A DNA stretch of 64,000 nucleotides, taken from Adineta vaga (taxonomy: Eukaryota; Animalia; Rotifera). The notes beneath the pieces were generated by a model. The model saw only the letters and a list, made by a program, of their open reading frames with translations, did no database searches and had not been told where the DNA came from. Location of the stretch: NCBI GenBank assembly GCA_021613535.1, contig CP075493.1, forward strand, positions 9,610,001 to 9,674,000, in the 5' to 3' direction. Shown here piece after piece: positions 1-12,189 of this stretch (position 1 is the stretch's first letter; the number at the start of each line of letters is the position of its first letter). Made by a program: the position numbers and the translations under genes.

Positions 1-17
1 TTTCTTTGTGCTTTTAG

Positions 18-1474
18 AATTCTTAAAGGTCTTGTTCATAATAATAAAGTATCGAGTTCGATTCAAGAACGACTTATTCCATTAGTACAATCGATTCTTG
101 AAAACAATTCTGCATCATCAACATTACCGCGTATTGCACCAAGTTTAGCCTTTTCTGTCCTTGATCTCTTAACAACTGTTCTTCGTTCATTAAATCCACC
201 AATAAATTCTAATTTATTACATCAAACATTTCCTGTTGTTGTTCATTTACTTTTAACAAGTGATGATCAACAAATTTTAATCAATGGTGGAGAATGTTTA
301 TGTGCATTTCTTTCATGTGTATCCGTCGATTTATTTCAATGGACAGATCCAAAAACGAATATCTCAAGTATCGAATATATTTTACAAATTCTTGCAAAAT
401 TTCTCGATCCAAAAACACCAGAAAATTGTTGTACATTTATTGGAAAATTAATTCGAGGTTTCATTCGAGAAATCAATAAAACCAATCAACCAAGTTTACT
501 TGGAGATACACTAGGACAAATACTTAAAGCAGTTTTAGCAAAACTTCAAAGTAAGAGTTTTGCTATGGTGAACAAAAACAAAATGATGTTTTTTTTTTTG
601 CATAGGTTCTCAAGTTCTTAGTGTGCAACAAAGTTTAATTGTTGTATTTGCACATTTAATTCAAAATAATCTTAATGATGTAGTAAATTTTCTTAATTCT
701 ACACCTGGACCTCAAGGTAGTAGTGCATTTGATTTTGTTATGTATCAATGGGTTACGAAACAACATCTTTTCGCTGGTCCTTATGATATCAAAGTCAGGT
801 AAAGCTTCGTTTTGTTTTTGTTCGATTTTTAACAGATAGCTTTGCAAAGAAAATCATATATCTATTTTAGTATTATTGCATTAACTGGTTTATTAGAATA
901 TGCAATGACCAATAATGATGTACGTTTTCAAACTTTAATTGTTCCAGGTGATCAAATTGTTTATCAACAAGCAGGTCAATCGATATCTCATCGTACACGT
1001 TCGAGAACATCGAAACAACCTGAACAATGGACGCGTGTTCCATTAGTTGTCAAATTATTTAAAATTCTTGTTCTGGAATTACAAAATCAAATCAATACAA
1101 GAAAAGAACTTGAAGAAGATATGAATTTTGATGATGATGACGATGACGATGAAGATGCGGATAATGATGGTAATGATGATATTACAGTAGAAAAAGAAGG
1201 TGATAATGAATCGAATCTATTGAAAGCAACTGATGATGAAACAACAAAATATCTGGAACGTTATGATAATTTACTTGATGATGTATTTGATTATGAATTT
1301 TTTCAAGAAAAAGATCCCGATGCATTTCATGATCCATTAATGCAAGTCGATTTACTTGATTATTTAAAAGAACGCTTACGTTTATTTGCTACACATGCAT
1401 GGTTTGCCATATTTCAACAACATTTGAATGTTATTGAACGTAGTGCATTACAAAAAATCACGGTACTCCCATGA
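18..1474 (+). CDS. IPO9: Importin-9, C-terminal exons (gene starts before the window)
   Basis: Spliced translation (exons ~18-550, 606-798, 871-1474) gives QERLIP..., INGGECLCAF, LDPKT, SVQQSLIVVFAHL, PGPQG, RTRSRTSKQPEQWTRVPLVVKLFKILVLEL and an acidic loop, matching the importin-9 C-terminus. Confidence 0.9.
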
Positions 1475-1612
1475 TATGAACGAAACGAAAAGTAAACAGT
1501 GAGTTTCATCATTCCAACAATTTCCTTTTCTTTTTCTCTCATTCACATTTTTGTATTTTTTGTAAACTATTAAAAATAGAATTGAATTCTTTGAATATTT
1601 TTCTTTTGTCTT

Positions 1613-3171
1613 TTATTTTGTAGAAAGAAAATACGTAGAGAAACGATTCAAAAGTAGATAGAGTAATTCGAGAAGTTCGACGAAACCGATGAGACTTATA
1701 CCGATCCATAAACCTAAAATAAACATGAGAAGAAGTTTAATTCGATACATTCTTTTCGATAAATGAAACCTGTTTGTCCTCCGATACTTGATATGAGATC
1801 AATCCATGTATAGACAGCAGATTCAGTTAAGATTTCTGTTGGATAAGGACTTGCCGTAATTTCTACAACGAGAATATTATCACGTATTAATGACTGTTGA
1901 AATTTATTGAAATAAGTATTCATCTTTTCATTTCGACGGAAATGCTTTTGAACGCGTTGAAAAACGTTTTTATATGAGTTGATATTCGGATAATTTGCAT
2001 ATGAGGATTGAATTGAATATTGAACGATATCGCATTCTGGTAGACATTCTCCGCATAATTTTCTTGAATCTAAATAAATCTGCGAACTATGACATGCATT
2101 ATCGATTGAACATAAGCTTATATTTGAAAAATTAGAAGTAGTATTGATAAGATGAAAAAATTTGTAGAACATAGCTAAGGTCGGTTCGATACAGTGACAA
2201 TGTTGTTCGATAAAACGTTGCTCACATAATTTATAACATAAGGCTTGAGTATATCGTACAGGATAATCTTGAAAGATTTCTTGCATATGTTCAGTTAGAT
2301 TAGTTCGACATTGTTGAGTAAATTTCATGATTCGTTGAGAAAAACTTAATTTTGTATATCTATTTGGTCTTAAAAGTACGCTATTTTGAGATAGAAGAGG
2401 TATTTCATATTTTCGATGAATAAATATTCGATATGCCGCTCGAGTCTCAGAATAACTTCGATATTCTGGTTGATGAAGAAATAATTCGAGAAGTAAGTGA
2501 TAATCATTATCTCCATTAAAATCCTCAGCTGACCAATAATGAGGAAGATCTTGTGTGTCTTCTGGTTGTACATGATGCATATTATCAAATGTATAACAAA
2601 TCCCATAAGTTGGATGAAATATTTGAGTTAAATTTTGATAACAAAGTCGTTTATTGAAAAAACATCGAATAAGAAAATCGTTTAATTGAAAACTTTGTTG
2701 AATAAATGCTTTCGATTGACTATTGACTTCAGTAACAAGAATTCGATTTACATAATTAAAAACAAATTTTTGATATTCTTTTTCATTGATAGAACTTCTA
2801 TTGGACGTTTCAGATTTTCGCATATCTAGAAAGATCTCATCTTCTAGTGCATTCATATTACCTATAACAGAAATGTTTTTCGCTTAAAAATTCATATAAT
2901 TTTCCTTACAGAAAGTAATCGATGGATAATCACTGGGTTGAGGATTTTGTTCAATACTTAGATGAATTTTTGTTGGATGATTTATATATTTGATAATAAT
3001 CGAATAGATAAAAGTGCTCATTAATGATGTTGATAGCCAAAAAGTAAACGCCCAAAAAATTCGAGTAGTAATTGTTTTTGCTCGACCAATTCGTCGAATT
3101 CCATGTGATGGAGAATTTAAAAGACATTTCTTAATAATCTCACTTGCATTTTCATTCATCGATGAAGACAT
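1613..3171 (-). CDS. DEG/ENaC (ASIC/FaNaC-like) amiloride-sensitive sodium channel subunit
   Basis: N-terminal HG motif (SPSHGIRRI), TM1, YPSITFC|NMN, GICYTF, Cys-rich thumb (CYKLC..HCHC..CLPEC), then ISSIGGQTG|LWIGISLIGFVELLEL (TM2 with GxS filter) after an intron at ~1714-1769. Confidence 0.9.
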
Positions 3172-3305
3172 TTTGATAACTAAATGATTTGGAAAAGAAG
3201 TATGTTTTAATAAATTTTTCAATATTTATTCACATTAATCATAGAAATTTAATAAAACTAACATTCTATTCTAGATTACTTTTTAATAAAAGAAGAAAAA
3301 AAACG

Positions 3306-5776
3306 ATGTCTACAACTCATTTTCAAGCACCGGTTGTTATTGAAAATAAAGATGGTTGGGGACCGACAGATGAGACTTTTCAATATAAAGACATGCCTTA
3401 TCAACCTTATTCGAAAAGTGATCAAATAGGCAAAGTATGACATTGATTGATCATATAAAAATGGAGAATTTTCAACTATTTATTTCTCTTAGATTGCCGA
3501 TTGGACAGGCACTGTCTATGGTGATAAACGAAATTATAGTAAATAATTAAATAATGAACAAAGATAAATGTAGATTATTTTATGATTTATTTTAGATCGA
3601 TATCGATCACAATATGGTGCCGGAGTTGGAATGTATCAATATATTCACGATGATGATGAGAATACATTTCAAATTGTTGATTCAACTCGTTTACCGAAAC
3701 CAGCTTTTCAAAAACGATCACGTTATCAACAGAATGTAAAGGAGACAAACAAATTGAATGAAAATAAAGATCGATATTTTGTTTTTATTTCTATTTAGCG
3801 TTTTAATTCTCAACAAAATCAAAATCGTTTTTCATCAATGCAAACAGCATTTGCAGGCACACAGAAAAAATCTAAAACAATGAAGAATTTGGAAATGTAA
3901 GATGATTTTTTTTCTCTTCATTCCATCTTAATATAATTCGATGAATTTTAGGGATCAAATGCGACAAATGAGAAAATGGAAAAAGCAATTTGGCAATCGC
4001 GCTGATCCACGTCAACATGTAAGCATTTACTCTCTATCAATATCGTTATACTATGAGATTCTATTTTGATTTAAGCAACAAGCTAAACAACGTGAACCAT
4101 CTGTACGTGTACGAGAAGATTGGCAAGTTATTGATGAAATATCATTTAGTAATCTGGCAAAATTAAGTTTACCAAATGTGGGTGAACCCGAAGAAATGTA
4201 AGTTCATATGAATTATAAATGAATTCACAAAAGAAATAATAACATAGGAGTGTTTGTGGTTCACTTGAATATTATGATAAACGATATGATCGAATTTCAA
4301 CGAAGAGTGAAAAGAAATTGACAATGGTCAATCGATTAATACATAAAATTACAACAACTAAAGATCCGGTTATTCGACAAGTAAATAGAATCAAAGTATT
4401 TTCAAAATAACATTTTTCTTTTCTATTAATTTAGATTTGTAAAACGTATGGCAATGTATTTGCTACGGATGCAATCATTTCTACATTAATGTCTTGTACA
4501 CGATCTGTTTATCCATGGGACATTGTTGTTGATGTAAACATCTAATTTTAAACTTCACATTTCTTTTCTAATCTATATGATACGTTTTATCTATTAGAAA
4601 ATTGGTTCACGATTATTTTTTGATAAACGAGAAGATTCAACGATTGGTAAGAGAGAAAAAAAACGATGGAATACATAGATTTTGATAATGATAATTGATG
4701 TGTTAGATATGTTAACGGTAAATGAAACAGCAAATGATCCTCCACCAGAAGATGGTACAATGGATTCAGCAAAAAGTTTAGGCATGGAAGCTGTTTTTAT
4801 TAATCATAATTTTGCCCAACAAGTTCTTCGAATGGTAGATGTCTTTTTATTTTGAATAGAAATTCTAACTATCATCAATAATATCTGTTTAGAATGAAGA
4901 ACGGTATAAATTTCCAAAACCAAATCCATTTATTCAACCAGATGAAGAAAATGAAGCAGCATCTGTCGTTTATCGTTATCGTTCATGGGATCTGGGCAAT
5001 AATCTAACTATAGTTATTCGTTGTGAACAAGATTGTATTCAAATTGGACCCAATGGTGAAGAACAATTCGTTAATATAAAAGCATTAAATGAATGGAATC
5101 CAAAGGTGAAACTAAATCTTCGATAGTTTTCATTCTAACGTACTTCTTTTTTTCCACACATAGGCCGGTAGTAATCTTGATTGGCGAACAAAATTAGATA
5201 TGCAACGAGGTGCAGTTTTAGCTGCTGAATTACGTAATAATGGATTTAAATTAGCAAAATGGACAACATGTGCTATATTAGCTGGTTCGGATCAAATCAA
5301 ATTTGGTTATGTTTCACGACAAAATTTCAAGGATGCATCACGTCATACAATACTTGGCATGCAAAACTTCAAACCTCAAGAATTTGCAACACAAATGGCG
5401 TTGAATATTGATAATGGTTGGGGTATTATTCGAGGTATATTGGAAGAAAAAAAAGATTTGATTGAAATCGATTGAATAAATTGTGTTCTTGTTTAGCATT
5501 AGTGGATTTATTTATGAATAAACCTGATGGACGATATTTAATTACGAAAGATGCAATGAAGGTAAAAATTGAAGTTTATAGTAATTTTAATCATAGTTCT
5601 CTTTTTCTTTTTTTCTTTTAGCCAATCCTTCGAGTAAGATAAAGAATATAATCAAGAAAATCATTTTTCGTTTGATGTACTTTTCTTTTAAATAGATTTA
5701 TAGTGTTCCGGAAAATTCATTCGATAGTGAAGAAGAACCCAGTGATGATGAGAACGATCGACAAGAACAGAAATAA
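3306..5776 (+). CDS. EIF3D: Eukaryotic translation initiation factor 3 subunit D
   Basis: GWGP...[16 protein letters not shown]|[61 protein letters not shown], acidic C-terminus; more than a dozen short exons including a 12-nt micro-exon (~5622-5633). Confidence 0.95.
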
Positions 5777-6042
5777 AAAAACAAATACATCATAATCCTA
5801 CTTTATTGTTATATTCGTTCGTCTTTTCTTTTGTGTTGTGATGACTATCTATTTCATGTACACGTTTAAACAAATAAGAAAAACGAAAGAAAATTGATGT
5901 GTTCACGTCATGATAAATGACAACAAGAAAAGAATAAAGATGGAAACTTGATTGTCTAATTTTAGATGAAAAATGTGAAAGAAAAAGTTCGTTTCTAATT
6001 AATTCTTTATCTCGTGGAAGTTTAATGATATAGATATATTAA

Positions 6043-7503
6043 ATGGCTTTTGACATTGAGGATATCTTGCCTGATCGTGAGAGCGGTAGGAGATTTTTGA
6101 AGAAGATGAAGATGATTGATTTTTGTTTGTTTTCTATTTAGCTCAACAATTCTACCAAAAATATGACCCTAAAGAAGTTCTTGGACGAGGTTTATCATCT
6201 GTTGTACGAAAATGTGTAGAAAAAGCGACAGGAAAAGAATTTGCATGTAAAATTATGGAATTTAATGACGATAGTGTCGAAGAACGTGCTTCAACTTTAC
6301 GAGAAATTCAAATATTAAAACTAGTTGGCGGACATCCAAATATTATCGATATATTTGCAACATTTGAAACACCAAATTATGTCTTTATTGTTATGGAATT
6401 ATGTCCATATGGTGAACTTTTTGATTATTTAACAAAAGTTGTACGATTATCAGGTATGAATGTAATGTTTTAATTTGATAATAATACAATAACGATTTTC
6501 TACTTTAGAAAAACGTACTCGTCAAATTATGTCAAGTATATTAGTTGGTGTTAATCATTTACATTCTCATCGTGTTGTTCATCGAGATTTAAAACCTGAG
6601 AAGTAAGAGATGATAAAATGAAATCTCTTTTTAGAATTGTTTTTTTTTGTGTTTCGTTCAAAGTATTTTAATGGATTCAACGATGAATGTTAAAATAACA
6701 GATCTTGGTTTTGCTGTTCAAATATCTGAAGGCGAATCATTATATGATCTTTTTGGAACACCCGGTAAATAATTCTATTCTTTTTCTTGTTCGTAAACTA
6801 AAAATCATTTATTCTTATATCTAAGGTTATATGGCTCCTGAATTACTCCGTTGTTCTCAAAGTGATGAAGCACCCGGTTACGGTTTACCCGTTGATCTAT
6901 GGGCATGTGGAGTTATTTTATACACACTTCTCAGTGGTTTACCGCCATTTTGGCATCGTAAACAACACATGATGTTTCGTATGATTGTGGAAGGACAATA
7001 TTCAATGACTGGTTCCGATTGGGATGATGTATCTGAAACAGCCAAAGATTTAATTCGACATTTATTAGTAACAAATCCAGATGAACGTTTTACAGCTGCA
7101 CAAGCACTTCAACATCCATTTTTTAATAATGATCGTACACGACGACGAGATTTCATGGCTAAACGAACTTTAAAAGCACATATTATTCTTGTTTGGTCTA
7201 TACATCGTCTAAGAACATTACACTATCGACCACAACCGATTCGTGGAAAAGAATTACTTGGTAAGAATTCAGTCTATTTTTGTTGTTTTTGAAATTAAAA
7301 AAATTTATTTTCTTTTAGAAAATCCATATCGATTTAAATCCTATCGAAAGATGATTGATTCAACTGCTTTTCTTCTCTATGGACATTGGATTAAAAAAGA
7401 TGAACATCTCAATCAAAACCGTGCGACTCTTTTTCAAACAGAAGAAAAATTTGATCTTATTCGACATGAACAACTCTTATTAAAACAACCAATTTCCACT
7501 TGA
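6043..7503 (+). CDS. PHKG: Phosphorylase b kinase gamma catalytic subunit
   Basis: FYQKYDPKEVLGRGLSSVVRKC, GELFDYLTKVVRLS, HRDLKPEN, PPFWHRKQ, and the C-terminal IDSTAFLLYGHWIKK..QNRATLFQ calmodulin-binding region typical of PHKG. Confidence 0.93.
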
Positions 7504-7976
7504 ATCTATCCTCAGTACCGATTAAGAGAAACCATGAGCTGGTTCGATTACTTTTATCTTTCCTATCAAATAGAAATAGTACCCTTCTTTTGTTTAGTCG
7601 ACTTTTCTATTTTCTTATTTCTTTATCAAAAATTCATTTCGATTTTAATTTAAAGAAATACATTTCTAATATATATATATATATACAAGATATATCAGAT
7701 GTGTATTGATTCTTATACTCGGATACATGAATTGCAAAGAGATATTGATAGCACAACAAGATCCAATTGGTTTATAGAGAAATATTAATTTTTGATAAAA
7801 GTCAGGAATACGATTTCGAAAATAAGTTAGAAAAGATTATTTTGTTGAAAACAGTCTGTCAAGTATGGTACTCATGTTTAATCACGAAAAAATGCATATT
7901 ATAGGCACTGGAAATTAAAATTAAATGGAAAATAAATGAGAAGAAGAAAAAGTATCAGCTCAGTAATATGTTGAAC

Positions 7977-8816
7977 ATGCCTTCTGTTTTGCGGACGTTT
8001 TTTCCTAATTGGTAAAAAAAGTATCCGCAAAGTAGAAACTGGGGGAGAGAAACTATCTGCAATGTGGAATCGAGGGAGAGAAATAGAGAAACAATATGAT
8101 AACATTATAAAGCAAAAGAAAGTTTATTTTACCAAAAATAAAGAAAATTTTTTTATAACAGATAATTGAGTGACGAATTGTCCTTTGGTTCATAATCAAG
8201 ATCGTCTTTTTCATTAGCATCAAACACCTGGATATATCGATAAGGTTCTTTATCGATTCTTTGTTTGATAGATTGAATACATTCATATACATTGAAAGAC
8301 ATTTTTGGTGGATGTTCATAATCATGGATTCCGTCTGGGTTAATATATTTCATCTTGATAATAGAAGATTCCTGTGTTTTGATCGAAGCTTTGCATAATT
8401 TCTTTGTACAAGCCCACATTTTGCTTCCATCCATGTTTTTTCGTTTCAATCCAAAATGATAATCTTTGAAAATAATGCCTTCCTTTTCACGTTGCGTGGT
8501 AATAACAAAAAAGTTATCCGAATTCATGCTTGATGTTAATTATTATTCGATATGCTTTCTTGCCTGTGGCTTTAAATAGATGCAAGGGTGATGTTTTCTC
8601 TTTGCCACGGTTACCCTGGTTGGATAACATGCAATATCTATGTTCACTTAATTCAATAATGTAATCATCATTGTTTCTCTATCTCTCTCCCTGAATTCCA
8701 CGTTGCGAACACTTTCTCTTATGCAGACATTTTAGGTTCTCCCCTCCCCGTGTTTCTATTTTGCGGGCATTTTTTCTTAATTGGTAAAAGAGAGTGTCCG
8801 CAAAGTAGAATTAGCC
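7977..8816. mobile_element. Non-autonomous Mutator-like (MULE) DNA transposon
   Basis: Imperfect ~130-160 bp terminal inverted repeats (7977-~8110 and ~8655-8816), exact 9-bp flanking direct repeat ATGTTGAAC (7968-7976, 8817-8825), internal FLYWCH ORF. Confidence 0.8.
8153..8527 (-). CDS. FLYWCH zinc-finger protein (truncated transposase, no DDE domain)
   Basis: GIIFKDYHF...KMWACTKKLCKASI...GIHDYEHPP fits the FLYWCH pattern W-x-C-x4-C...H-x-H; lies inside the TIRs. Confidence 0.7.
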   Translation of the reverse strand: MNSDNFFVITTQREKEGIIFKDYHFGLKRKNMDGSKMWACTKKLCKASIKTQESSIIKMKYINPDGIHDYEHPPKMSFNVYECIQSIKQRIDKEPYRYIQVFDANEKDDLDYEPKDNSSLNYLL

Positions 8817-9037
8817 ATGTTGAACGCGTTACAAAATAAATCGATTTTGATTCAATTATTCATTATATTTATTTCATATTTAAGATGTTTCTTTTAAAAG
8901 CTTTTTCAAACATTGCAAAAACTTCACGTAATTCTTTGACAGACGAACTTTTGTGATTTGCGGGACCGATTAGCGATAATTACAATCGTGGCAAACACAT
9001 ATACGAGAAGTAAAAAAGAATTGATCATTTTTTAACA

Positions 9038-9562
9038 TCATCGCCGACGTCCAACAATGCCCGATCGCCATAATCCTTGTGACAAGGAATTTTGTTGTTT
9101 AGACGGTCCAGACATTACATGAACATTCTTTTCATTTTCGTCCTTATTTGCGAAAAGCCAGAAACGTTTGTCTCGAATATGATCCATTGTATCTAATAAA
9201 TCAAATTATAAAATACAATAGACAATGATAATGTTTTCATCACTTACGTTCTAATTTTCGAGATACATCAAAATGTCCTTTTGCCAAACGAAACTGACGG
9301 TTTTTCATTAACACAGGATTTTCTTTATTTATCATTTTCTTGAATGTCAGGTATTGGTCATCAGAAGATGGTATGTAATCATGTACACGAGGTTGATGAA
9401 TATTATCAGTATTCATTTCATAATCACTATTTCGAATTGAATAGGTGTTACCTATACAGTCGTAGATACTTAGACATTGTTATACTAATCAAATGATTAC
9501 TTACCAGCACAAATACAAATGAAAGTAATAACAAGAAGAACAGAGATATTGTTTGTTATCAT
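9038..9562 (-). CDS. Secreted neuropeptide-like precursor, 138 aa (absent from ORF track)
   Basis: Three exons (9562-9505, 9451-9248, 9192-9038; 417 nt) with GTAAGT donors and TAG acceptors in consistent phase. Signal peptide MITNNISVLLVITFICICAG, a KR site, C-terminal G-RRR-stop. Confidence 0.75.
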
Positions 9563-10889
9563 TATGAATGAATACAATCAATGTAATATATTGAAATGCA
9601 ATTTATCAAATGGCAAACATATATATATAGTCAAAAGAGCTATTTCTAATTTGAAGCTTCTTAACTCTGAACGAGCTTCAATGATTCTTTTGGCACATGA
9701 CATCTGAAATTGTTAACGCTATTCTTTTTTTTCTCTCTTTAAAGCAATGTTCGCATCACTAATGAAACGAGACAGACGGTTTGCAGTCTTTGCACACAAC
9801 ATATAAATGTAGGTGTTTACTCATATTAGTTAGCTTTCTTTTCTTTTTCTTATTGTTTGACTAAAATCAGGATTCTTCAACACTGAACAATGATGCATAA
9901 ATATATAAGTAGTGCAATACATGATTTTCTAGTACTGTTAAAAAAGTGTAGTTGGTATTGAAGCTGTTTTTATCAATGAGGAAATCACGCTTATTAAACT
10001 TTTTTCAATCCATTTATTTCATTAGGAAAATCTCGTGATGTCTACTTGTCGAAAATCATAATACAGAGAATACTGTATCATCTGTTTCTATACATAACAG
10101 TTATATATAGATACACTTAACAGCAGAAATGTTGATATTTCTTTAAGAATAATGATCGTAAGTTGCAAAATCAATGTTAATTCTCTAATATAGAACAATT
10201 TTAATCTATTCTCATACATGACATTGAATCTATACACTTAAAAAATATGTTATTTATAGTTTTCATGAAGGAAAAAACAATAAATATACGTAGACATATG
10301 TAATAACGATATGACTTCTCTGCTTAATAAGCAATAACTTAATCATTTGACAACAGACCTTGATTTTAATTTGATCTACGGATGAATAAATCATTTCTAT
10401 GCGACTAACACATTAAAAAAAAATATATTTCAATAACACTGATCATTAGAGACATCTGTTTGAAAAATTTTTCTCTCAATTCATATATTCACATGTTGAT
10501 AAAAATAGTCCATACTATTTTTTTGTAGTTATTTTTTAAAAAAGAAGAAATAATTTAATTTAATTGATTTATTTTTCTTATTTTATTTATCTATCCAATA
10601 TCATCCATACTCTACTTCACTCACGCCCTATTTACTCACCAACGGTCAACTCAATCACATACTTAGATTATTTGCATTTGTGTCATCAATTTCTCTATTG
10701 ATTGAATCGTGTCATCTGCATTACGAAGAGAAATTTCTTACCTTTTCTTATTGAACAAAACGATTGAATCATTCTTTTTTTCTTCTTCCTCTGCACGATC
10801 TTAATCGATATTTTATGATCCTATTTCTCACACACTCTCTCTCTCTTTCTATTATAGATTCAAGTACATATCAAACAAGATTCTCAATC

Positions 10890-11437
10890 ATGGCCAACAG
10901 TTCGGATGAAATGCGTCAATATCGTGAAGCCTTTTCACTTTTTGATAAAGATCATGATGATATCATTGCACCACAAGAATTAGGTATGAATAGATCTACA
11001 TTGAAAGCGAAGAATTAAAATATTTTCTTTCTTATTCTAGGCGTTGTTCTTCGTTCATGTGGTTTATCACCATCAGAAGCTGATTTACAAAAAATTCAAC
11101 AACAAGTTGGTCGTAAAATTGATTTCAATACTTTTGTTTCAGTTGCACAAAATTTCAAAGCAAATAATCGTGAAACCGAAGATGATATTCGTGAAGCATT
11201 CCGTGTTTTTGACAAGGATGGAACGGGTTATGTTAGTGTTGCTGAACTTAAACATGCTATGATCTCATTAGGTGAACGATTAACAGAAGAAGAAGTTGAT
11301 GAATTAACACGTGAAGCTGATATTGATGCTGATGGACGGTAAGAATAATAGAAAAAGATCTTGTAAAATACGCTTTTATTTCGATTAGATGCAATTGTGA
11401 AGACCTCGTACGAATTTTAACAAATAAACAACGTTAA
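10890..11437 (+). CDS. Calmodulin-like / myosin light chain-like EF-hand protein
   Basis: [11 protein letters not shown]..., [51 protein letters not shown]; introns ~10984-11040 and ~11339-11388. Confidence 0.88.
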
Positions 11438-11717
11438 TATATCTTCAAAATATGAACAAAAATTATACATTCCGACTAACTATTGCTCTTTGTTTAATCA
11501 ATGTAACTAATTTATGCATTCCTTCTCTTCGTCTTTTGCTTTCCATCGTACGCTTTGCAATGTCTGTAATCTCTTTTGTTCTCCCAAAAGCTCTTTTTTT
11601 ACTCTTAACTTCAAATATAGTATATATTGACATCTGAATGATATAAATAAATATCGACATATACATTATAGTAAGACACGTATGTATTCTGTCATGTGAC
11701 GAAAACTTTGCATTGAC

Positions 11718-12189
11718 ATTGTTTTTTATGTCATATTGCACTGATATTTCGTAAAGATTCTTATTTGTCAAACGAAATCTCTCATAATCCACAAAGTTGA
11801 AGTGTACAATTTGAAAAAAAAACTCTGGCCTACTTCAATCTATGCTGTATGTTAGAAATTACAATAAACATCCTTTTTATTTTAAATATAGAGCCTTAGG
11901 CAATGTCTCTCTGTATCTCTCGAACTACAGTTTAGTTTTGTGGTGATAATTAAAAGTGACGACAGAGTAGTAATATTAATACATTAGTTTTGACTATTAT
12001 AAAACACGTAGGAAACTCTCTGTTTTGTACATCAATAGAAAGAAAATCTGCATCATCCTTTGTACATTTATAAAAGTTGTGCTCGAAGACTTTTTATCGT
12101 TGTTAAGAATTATTCTGAACTATTCTTTAGAACAAAAAAAAGAATCAAGTTCTTACGAAATGTCAGTACAATATAATATCAAAAACATT
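11718..12189. repeat. Degenerate inverted repeat pair (possible old MITE)
   Basis: TGTTTTTTATGTCATATTGCACTGATATTTCGTAA (~11720-11754) matches the reverse complement of TTACGAAATGTCAGTACAATATAATATCAAAAACA (~12153-12187). Confidence 0.5.
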
